DNA of 32,000 nt from Pyrodictium occultum (GTDB taxonomy: Archaea; Thermoproteota; Thermoprotei_A; Sulfolobales; Pyrodictiaceae): the NCBI RefSeq assembly GCF_001462395.1, contig NZ_LNTB01000001.1, forward strand, positions 540,001 through 572,000. The letters run 5' to 3'. Of the stretch, positions 25,852 to 32,000 are shown one piece after another. Positions within the stretch are counted from its first letter, which is position 1, and each line of letters begins with the position of its first letter. A model generated the notes under the pieces. It was not told the origin of the DNA. It saw only the letters and a program-made list of their open reading frames with translations, and did no database searches. Position numbers and translations under genes: made by a program.

Positions 25852-27089
25852 TGAGGTCGGTGCCGCGGAACATTGTGGTCGAGAGCATCAGGTGGCAGCC
25901 TATAGAGGAGCATAGTGTAGAGCTCGTTGAGAGGAAGGGCACCGGGCACCCGGACACTATAGCCGATGCCGCGGCTGAAGAGGCTACCAGGCTTCTCTCC
26001 AAGTATTATCTAAACCGTTATGGCGCGGTGCTGCATCATAATCTCGACAAGGTGCTGGTTGTCGGTGGCCAGGCAGCTCCCAGGTTTGGCGGCGGCGAAG
26101 TACTACAGCCCATATACATCATAGTATCGGGTAGGGCAACCACAGAGGTTAGACTCGAGGACGGCGGGGTTGAGAAGATACCCATAGGCCCGATAGTGCT
26201 AGACGCTGTCAAGGGCTGGATAAAAAGCAACTTCCGCTTTCTAGACCCCGAGAGGCATGTGATAGTCGACTACAAGATTGGCCACGGCAGCGCCGACCTC
26301 GTCGGCATATTCGAGCTGGGCAAGAGGCAAGTACCGCTAGCCAATGACACCAGTGTTGGCGTAGGGTTTGCCCCGTTCTCCCGCCTCGAGAGGCTGGTGT
26401 ATGAGACTGAGAGGCTTCTCAACAGCAGGGAGTTCAAGGAGAAGAACCCCGAGGTAGGCGAGGACATTAAGGTTATGGGGCTGCGCCGCGGCAGGAGGGT
26501 AGACATAACTATAGCCGCTGCGGTGATATCAAGCCTCGTCTCCGACATGGATCACTACCTCTCGGTCAAGGACGCCATACGTGAGGCCGTGCTGGATCTC
26601 GCCAGCAGGATCGCCCCCGACTACGATGTAGAGGTGCATGTTAATACCGGTGATAAGCCTGACAAGGGGATAGTGTACCTGACCGTCACCGGCACCAGCG
26701 CCGAGCATGGGGACGACGGCATGACGGGCCGTGGGAACAGGAGCTATGGCCTCATAACCCCTCTTCGGCCTATGAGCCTGGAGGCCGCGGCGGGCAAGAA
26801 CCCGGTCAGCCACGTGGGCAAGATATACAACGTTATGGCCATGAACATTGCGAGGAAGGTACATGAGAGCGTCAAGGGCGTTCGTGAAGTCTACGTTGAG
26901 CTTCTCAGCCAGATAGGGAGGCCGCTCAACGACCCCCTGGTGGCGAATGTTAAGGTGCTTGCCGAGAAGCCTGGCGAGCCTCTGTCCAGCGATGCTGTGC
27001 GCGAGATAGAGGCTATAGTGGAGGAGGAGCTGGACAGCTACAGCAAGCTGACAAAGCTATTCATTGAGGGCAATATTAGCGTCTTCTAG
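25851..27089 (+). CDS. metK: S-adenosylmethionine synthetase, archaeal type
   Basis: 412 aa. [31 protein letters not shown] is the archaeal MAT N-terminal signature. Also present are [22 protein letters not shown] and a length typical of the family. Confidence 0.95.
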   Translation: MRSVPRNIVVESIRWQPIEEHSVELVERKGTGHPDTIADAAAEEATRLLSKYYLNRYGAVLHHNLDKVLVVGGQAAPRFGGGEVLQPIYIIVSGRATTEVRLEDGGVEKIPIGPIVLDAVKGWIKSNFRFLDPERHVIVDYKIGHGSADLVGIFELGKRQVPLANDTSVGVGFAPFSRLERLVYETERLLNSREFKEKNPEVGEDIKVMGLRRGRRVDITIAAAVISSLVSDMDHYLSVKDAIREAVLDLASRIAPDYDVEVHVNTGDKPDKGIVYLTVTGTSAEHGDDGMTGRGNRSYGLITPLRPMSLEAAAGKNPVSHVGKIYNVMAMNIARKVHESVKGVREVYVELLSQIGRPLNDPLVANVKVLAEKPGEPLSSDAVREIEAIVEEELDSYSKLTKLFIEGNISVF

Positions 27090-29132
27090 CAGAGTTTTCA
27101 TCCTCCTAGCCCGATACTCCTCAAGCATCTTCTTCAGCTCCATGAGTCCAAGTCCGCGCCTCTCGCTCCGTTTACGCTCCTCCATCTGCTTCAGCCGGTA
27201 GAAGGCATCAATGATCACCCTCTCGTCCAGGAGTACGAGTTCGCCGAGCCTCTTGGCCTCGTACTCCTCCAGGGGGAGCACAGGTACTCCGTGGGCCTCG
27301 ACTGCCTCTCTGCGGTCAAGCGAATCCCTTGGTACCAGTACTGCCAGCAGGAGCCCAGCCACTTTTGGCCCGTGCCTCTTCCACTGCACCGGGTTGATCG
27401 CGTTGACGACTGCCACGAGCTTACCGTAATTGGCTGCGAGGCTTGACAGCCTGTCGACAGCCTCAGCGTCTAGCTCGCCGAGCTGGACGGCGGGTATCGC
27501 CTCGCCGGCGGCGGCCAGGAAGAGCGCCTCCTCTAGCTCGCGTAGCTCGTGTCTAAGCGTCTTCGCCTCCTCCCGGGCCTTCTCGAGCTCTGCTCTCAGC
27601 AGCCTAACCTCGTGGGAGAGCTTGTTTATCTCGCGGTCCCTCTCGAGGGCGTCGCGGCTCTCTATCTGGAGTAGCCTATACTCCGCCTCCAGCCGCTGGA
27701 GCTGCTCGCTCAGTTCCCGGAGCTTGGCGCGCAGCGCGATGTTCTCGGCTCTAAGCGTCTCCAGCTCTGCGCGCAGCTTGGTTATGCTGTCGGCAGGCTT
27801 CTGCTCCTCCCGGGTCTCGGCCTTCTCGCCGCCGCGCCTCCTGACCCTCTTCACGAGGTAGTCTCTGACTCCGAGCCCGTTGAGAGCAGCGTTTATAGCG
27901 CGTTCCACGGCCTCAGCTATAGTGGCGCCCCTTATAACGTCCGCCTTTATGGCGTCTATGTCTACGTCCAGGCCTAGCTTCGCAGCGTAGGACTCGGCCT
28001 GCCTCATCTTAGACTCGTGGACATGAAGGGCCTTGATTGCAGCAGCCAGCGCATCCCGGACGTGGGCGTCTGCAATACGGCGTAGCTCAGGGAACCTTCT
28101 TGCATACTCCTCGAGTATCGACCGTTTCTCCTCGACGCTAAGCGATGTGGGGGGCTCGTAGACGGGCACCCCTATCGCGGCAGCCAGCTTCTTCACGAAC
28201 TCTGGCGCGGGCTTCACATCGGTGGCCACCATTACAGGTATTCCGTGGCGCATGATGATCTCTATGACCTCGCTCCTGTCTATGCCTCTCCTGCTAAGCG
28301 CTACCACGAGACGGCCGTTCAGGTCCACGGCGGCTATGCCGGTCGAGATCCCCGGGTCTATGCCCACTATGATGTAGGGCCTGGCCTGCTGCAGCCCCCC
28401 GTGCCCGGAGTCCTCGAAGACTACGCGGCTGCTGTAGACGGGCTGTATCTCTATCCTCACGTCGCTGTCCTCGTGCGGCTTGACTATACCGTTAAGCCTG
28501 CTTCTCGGCGCATAGACTATGAAGACGGCGCTGTCGAGGCCCCCGCCGCTCTTTCGGAACACCAGGTCGTAGTCTAGCCGGTGGCGGTCCAGCATCCTCT
28601 TGATATCCTTCACGGCCCGGAGTATGGCTGAGCGTACACGGCGCTGGTACCTGGGGCTGCTCATCCCCCCGTGCTTCAGCCGCCTGGACTTAGCCACCAC
28701 TATTCTCGTCTTCTCCTCGACGAAGCGTATCTTAGAGCCGTAGCCCATCGAGGCTAGAAGGGCTACAAGGTAGGCGGTCCGGCTGGGGGAGAGCTTCCCG
28801 GAGCCGCCGGCCTCTAGGCCGGCTAGCTTGGCGAGCTTGCGGACGCTCACCAGGGTGCCGTCGGGCATGCGAGTGGGCTGGACTATGACGAGCTCGGAGG
28901 GCAGCATTGATGTTATCTTGACGAGCTCTCTCCGGCTGGGGGCAAGCTCCTGTATATTATCCACTGCGAGAATGTCGGGTTTATGCTCCCAGACGAGCCG
29001 TATAAGCCTGTGAATGGGTACAGACTCGTACTTGGCTACGAGCTTCCCGTCTTCCACTATAGCTACCGAGTAGCAGCGGGGCCCGCTGCTGCACCCGGGC
29101 TCTATGTCGACGCCGACCACGCGCAGAGACAA
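27057..29132 (-). CDS. DUF460 (COG2433-like) archaeal protein: RNase H-fold module(s) plus a long coiled coil
   Basis: 691 aa with a TTG start preceded by the SD-like GGGGTGG. The N-terminus VVGVDIEPG and the second module [20 protein letters not shown] resemble RuvC/YqgF-type first strands. A central ~110-aa heptad region is present ([36 protein letters not shown]..). The 3' end overlaps the metK 3' end by 33 nt (convergent). Confidence 0.8.
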   Translation of the reverse strand: MSLRVVGVDIEPGCSSGPRCYSVAIVEDGKLVAKYESVPIHRLIRLVWEHKPDILAVDNIQELAPSRRELVKITSMLPSELVIVQPTRMPDGTLVSVRKLAKLAGLEAGGSGKLSPSRTAYLVALLASMGYGSKIRFVEEKTRIVVAKSRRLKHGGMSSPRYQRRVRSAILRAVKDIKRMLDRHRLDYDLVFRKSGGGLDSAVFIVYAPRSRLNGIVKPHEDSDVRIEIQPVYSSRVVFEDSGHGGLQQARPYIIVGIDPGISTGIAAVDLNGRLVVALSRRGIDRSEVIEIIMRHGIPVMVATDVKPAPEFVKKLAAAIGVPVYEPPTSLSVEEKRSILEEYARRFPELRRIADAHVRDALAAAIKALHVHESKMRQAESYAAKLGLDVDIDAIKADVIRGATIAEAVERAINAALNGLGVRDYLVKRVRRRGGEKAETREEQKPADSITKLRAELETLRAENIALRAKLRELSEQLQRLEAEYRLLQIESRDALERDREINKLSHEVRLLRAELEKAREEAKTLRHELRELEEALFLAAAGEAIPAVQLGELDAEAVDRLSSLAANYGKLVAVVNAINPVQWKRHGPKVAGLLLAVLVPRDSLDRREAVEAHGVPVLPLEEYEAKRLGELVLLDERVIIDAFYRLKQMEERKRSERRGLGLMELKKMLEEYRARRMKTLLEDANIALNE

Positions 29133-29247
29133 CCACCCCTTCGAGCAGCACGCGGCCCCGCGGGCCCCTCCGGGGACCAGTAGCCTGGGCGTCGGTGGAG
29201 GTGCTCCGGGCGGCCCCGGGATAGCGGCTCTAGGCGCCGCTCCATAG

Positions 29248-29254
29248 TTTATAT
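29248..29254. promoter_or_regulatory. Isolated near-palindromic TATA element (TTTATAT) inside a very GC-rich intergenic block
   Basis: This is the only AT-rich patch between 29133 and ~29500. On the minus strand it could serve DUF460, giving a ~95-nt leader. On the plus strand it would start a GC-rich transcript ~290 nt upstream of the cupin start. Confidence 0.45.
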
Positions 29255-29567
29255 CCCTTCATCCGGCGCGGCCGCTTCCCTAATACCCGGGCCGGCCCCG
29301 TCCACCGGGACCCCGGGGCCCCGCCGGTCTCACACCCGCTGAGACCCGGCTACGGGGCTATGAAGCGGGGCGGTCAGGCGGGGCACACCAACCCTTCCGC
29401 CATCCGGGATGAGCGTGCCCCCTCGCGCGCCCCTTGCCCGCCGAGGCGGGGCGCCGGTGACGTGTACCGGGCCGGACGCGACCGGCTCGCCACCTGTGCC
29501 TAAGGCAAGCTAGTTATTGCCTCCCCTCCTTCTGCAGGCGGTCCTACCGGTGCCCCGCGTCTTGGCT

Positions 29568-29969
29568 GTGGAGCGTGGCCCCTGCGGCGAGAAGGTTGGT
29601 AGAGCTGTAGACGTGGAGGCCAGCGAGGCCTCGGTCGGCGGCGAGAAGCTCCCCGGCGTCTATATACGCTGGCTGGTCTCCGACAAGGATGGCGCGCCGA
29701 CATTTGCTATGAGGATGTTCACGGCTGAGCCCGGCTCCCACATACCCGGGCATAGCCACCCCTGGGAGCATGAGATATTCGTGCTAAGCGGCTCCATGAG
29801 GGTCAGGATAGGCGAGAGAGAGTACGCCGTGGGGCAGGGAGACTTTCTATACATACCGCCCAACGTTCATCACGAGTACTTCGTCGGAGACAAGGGCGTA
29901 GTGTTCCTCTGCATGATACCCCTCAAGCCTAGCGTAGGCGAGGACTACAATCCCTGCAAGAAGGGTTAG
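29568..29969 (+). CDS. Cupin-domain protein (cupin_2)
   Basis: GSHIPGHSHPWEHEIFVLSGSMRVRIGEREYAVGQGDFLYIPPNVHHEY carries the two cupin motifs, G(x)5HxH(x)3-4E and G(x)5PxG(x)2H. The start is uncertain: the ORF is open from TTG 29517, and TTG 29562 and GTG 29568 lie after the TATA-like TAGTTATT (29511-29518). Confidence 0.75.
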   Translation: MERGPCGEKVGRAVDVEASEASVGGEKLPGVYIRWLVSDKDGAPTFAMRMFTAEPGSHIPGHSHPWEHEIFVLSGSMRVRIGEREYAVGQGDFLYIPPNVHHEYFVGDKGVVFLCMIPLKPSVGEDYNPCKKG

Positions 29970-30041
29970 CGAGTAAGAGACTTGAAGCCCCCGGGAGCCG
30001 GAGGGCTCCGAGGGTGGGCTGGGGCCGTGCCCCGTGTACCG

Positions 30042-30704
30042 GTGAAGCTAGTATCCTGGGAGGAGGTAGTCGAGTGGAGCCGTGGCCTGGCCAGGGTGAT
30101 TAAGCAGTCCGGCTATAAGCCCACAGTAGTCATAGCTGTGGCGCGCGGCGGCTATGTGCCGGCACGGCTCCTCTGCGACTTCCTCGGCGTCGAGAACCTC
30201 CTCAGCATCCAGAGCCAGCACTGGACGGAGGCTGCCAAGGCATCCGAGAAGGCTGTGCTAAAGTTCCCGTACAGGGTCGACCTCCGCGGCCACCGGGCCC
30301 TACTCGTGGACGACATCGTGGACACTGGCGAGACCCTTATACTGGCCCGCGACTACGTGGCCAGGGAGTGGGGCCCCGAAGAGCTTAGGATAGCGACGCT
30401 CCAGTGGATAAGCTCGGTAGCTAAGCTGAAGCCAGACTTCTACTACATGGAGGTCAAGGACTGGGTGTGGTTCCAGTACCCGTGGACAAGGCTGGAGGAT
30501 GTGACCCAGTTTATACGCAGAATGCTCCAGGAGCACAGCAGAGAGACGGGCCAGAGGGAGTGGAGCTATGAGGAGATAAAGAGGCTGTTCAAGGAGTGGT
30601 ACGGTATAGAGGTGGAGGAGTTCTACTATCAGGATGCGCTAGAGATGCTGGTCGAGTCCGGGCTGCTGGAGAAAACAGGTGACCGTTACCGCCTACGCAC
30701 CTAG
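30042..30704 (+). CDS. Type I phosphoribosyltransferase (purine PRT, COG2236-like) with a ~90-aa C-terminal extension
   Basis: VVIAVARGGYVPARLLCDFLG and the PRPP loop ALLVDDIVDTGETLILA are present. The C-terminal region (REWSYEEIKRLFKEWYGIEVEEFYYQDALEMLVESGLLEKTGDRYRL) looks winged-helix-like. I chose the GTG 30042 start (VKLVSWEEV..). The ORF is open from 29982. Confidence 0.8.
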   Translation: MKLVSWEEVVEWSRGLARVIKQSGYKPTVVIAVARGGYVPARLLCDFLGVENLLSIQSQHWTEAAKASEKAVLKFPYRVDLRGHRALLVDDIVDTGETLILARDYVAREWGPEELRIATLQWISSVAKLKPDFYYMEVKDWVWFQYPWTRLEDVTQFIRRMLQEHSRETGQREWSYEEIKRLFKEWYGIEVEEFYYQDALEMLVESGLLEKTGDRYRLRT

Positions 30705-30814
30705 GCCTAAGGACCAGGGCGTTCACGTCCTCGCAGGTGGTGATGTGACCAGCTATCGCGGAGCCCCGCACCCGGCAGTGAAGAATTTGGCCTTTGCTGA
30801 GCCCGGGACTCTGC

Positions 30815-31951
30815 ATGTCTCCTCCCCGCTCCTGGCTTCATGCACCGCCTCCCGGGGTGGAGCCCGTGGCCTCTCTCCCCGCCCGGTTCAGCTACGCTTC
30901 CGGCTCCCTTGAGGCCGCGAGGATTAGACGCTACGAGACGCTAGACCTAGCCAAGCGGCTGGCGGTGATACGTCCCGATGCGATCCGGCTTATCAACTAT
31001 CCCCGCAGGAACCCATTCTCAGTGTTCAACGCCTCCGCCCATATTGAGGGCAAGGAGCTTAAGCTATACATGCGCATAATAGTTGGCTACTACCGCTACG
31101 TCTCCGCCATAGCTCTGGGCAGGCTCATAGTCAGCCAGGTTCTCGCCGGAGAGCTTCCCACCGTGATCGATGCGAAGATAATTATCAACCCGTCGAACCG
31201 CTACGATGTATGGGGCACAGAGGACCCCAGGGTCTACGAGATAGGCGGGCGCCTCTACATGACCTTCAGTGGCCGCACGATAGACTACTTCAAATCCGAC
31301 AAGCCTCATGGGCTGCCCTCAACCCTCCCCGTCACAGCCGTCTCCGAGGACGGCGGCTACACCTGGAGTAAGCGCTACGTCCACATAACCGGGGATATAC
31401 CGTGGAGCCTGCTGAGGAGCGACAAGGACGCCTTCATGTACGGCGAGGAGCGCCCGGAGATACTCTTCCACCGCCCACATGTAGGGGATGGGGGCTTCGT
31501 GGCGGTTGCCAGCAGGGTGGAGGAGGGCGATGATGCCGGCAGCGGCCTCCGCTGGATGGTGGCCAGGAAGCCTACCGTGCTGCTCACACCCGCCCCATTC
31601 GAGTACAAGGTTGGCTGGTCTACGCCTCCCATCCGTGTCGGCAGGGATCTCCTCCTCCTCGCGCACGGCGTGGATATGGACGGCTTCTACCGGGTGTTCG
31701 CCCTGCTGCTCGAGTATAGCAGGAGCGAGGGATTCATAGTCAAGGCTATCACCCCCAGGTATATTATGGAGCCGCGTGAGACCTACGAAGTCTACGGGGA
31801 TAGGCCCTACGTAGTCTTCCCATGCGGCGCCGTGCCCATAGGCCGCTCAGAGATACTCATAAGCTATGGCGCCGCCGACAGCTTCGTCGGCCTAGCGGTC
31901 ACCGAGATAGACGGCATTCTCTCCGAGCTGGACCGGGGCCGCATATACTAG
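30815..31951 (+). CDS. GH130-family glycosidase / phosphorylase-like protein (PF04041, PH1107-related)
   Basis: FNASAHIEGKELKLYMR, WGTEDPRVYEIGGRLYMTFSG, VVFPCGAV and the C-terminal ILISYGAADSFVGLAVTEIDGIL match the five-bladed beta-propeller GH130 pattern. The start is uncertain (ATG 30815; ORF open from TTG 30794). Confidence 0.75.
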   Translation: MSPPRSWLHAPPPGVEPVASLPARFSYASGSLEAARIRRYETLDLAKRLAVIRPDAIRLINYPRRNPFSVFNASAHIEGKELKLYMRIIVGYYRYVSAIALGRLIVSQVLAGELPTVIDAKIIINPSNRYDVWGTEDPRVYEIGGRLYMTFSGRTIDYFKSDKPHGLPSTLPVTAVSEDGGYTWSKRYVHITGDIPWSLLRSDKDAFMYGEERPEILFHRPHVGDGGFVAVASRVEEGDDAGSGLRWMVARKPTVLLTPAPFEYKVGWSTPPIRVGRDLLLLAHGVDMDGFYRVFALLLEYSRSEGFIVKAITPRYIMEPRETYEVYGDRPYVVFPCGAVPIGRSEILISYGAADSFVGLAVTEIDGILSELDRGRIY

Positions 31952-32000
31952 GCGGCTCCCCCTCGACCTCCAGCCCCGCCATCCGCGTGGCCCGCACGAA

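Noticed and set aside
29133-29516. SRP (7S) RNA or RNase P RNA as the identity of the GC-rich block.
   Set aside because: I looked on both strands for the SRP helix-8 core (CAGGyCCGGAAGGrAGCA) and for the RNase P CR-I/CR-V cores (GGAAAGUCC; ACAGAAnnnGGCUUA). I found only weak partial matches: GGCGGAAGGGTTGG on the minus strand and GAGACCCGGCTAC on the plus strand. These are not enough to call either RNA.
1-32000. CRISPR arrays, cas genes, IS elements or transposases, integrases, rRNA genes and tRNA introns.
   Set aside because: I saw no regularly spaced direct repeats and no transposase, integrase or Cas-like translations in the ORF track. Both tRNAs fold as continuous cloverleaves.

Overview
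This looks like an archaeal chromosomal segment, most likely from a hyperthermophilic crenarchaeote (Thermoproteota, Desulfurococcales-like); I cannot name the species. The evidence is the gene set: class I LysRS, archaeal-type SAM synthetase, Rio2, an Sm-like protein, XPD, RibL and DUF460. TATA boxes also sit about 26 nt upstream of leaderless starts, and both tRNAs are intron-free with encoded CCA. The window is visibly GC-rich and densely coding, and most of it is housekeeping. I support 29 protein genes and 2 tRNAs (Thr-UGU, Val-GAC). They include a three-gene ABC importer operon, two large membrane-anchored surface proteins, and a tandem pair of divergent paralogs with a nucleotidyltransferase-like motif. 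I found no CRISPR array, IS element, integrase, recognisable defence system or rRNA. The unexplained signals are mostly non-coding. (1) A 75-nt hairpin with 25 base pairs and a competing duplicate arm lies between tRNA-Val and an AbrB-PhoU regulator gene. (2) A ~435-nt intergenic block of 72-82% G+C carries an orphan TATA box between DUF460 and a cupin gene. (3) A 1.25-kb ORF-poor stretch with internal repeats abuts the 3' end of tRNA-Thr, next to an AT-rich pair of membrane-glycoprotein genes. (4) Perfect inverted repeats bracket the metK and arsR-family promoters. At protein level, the LysRS KMSKS-equivalent loop reads DMSSSD, with both lysines replaced. All functional calls rest on motif recognition by eye, and no database search was possible.
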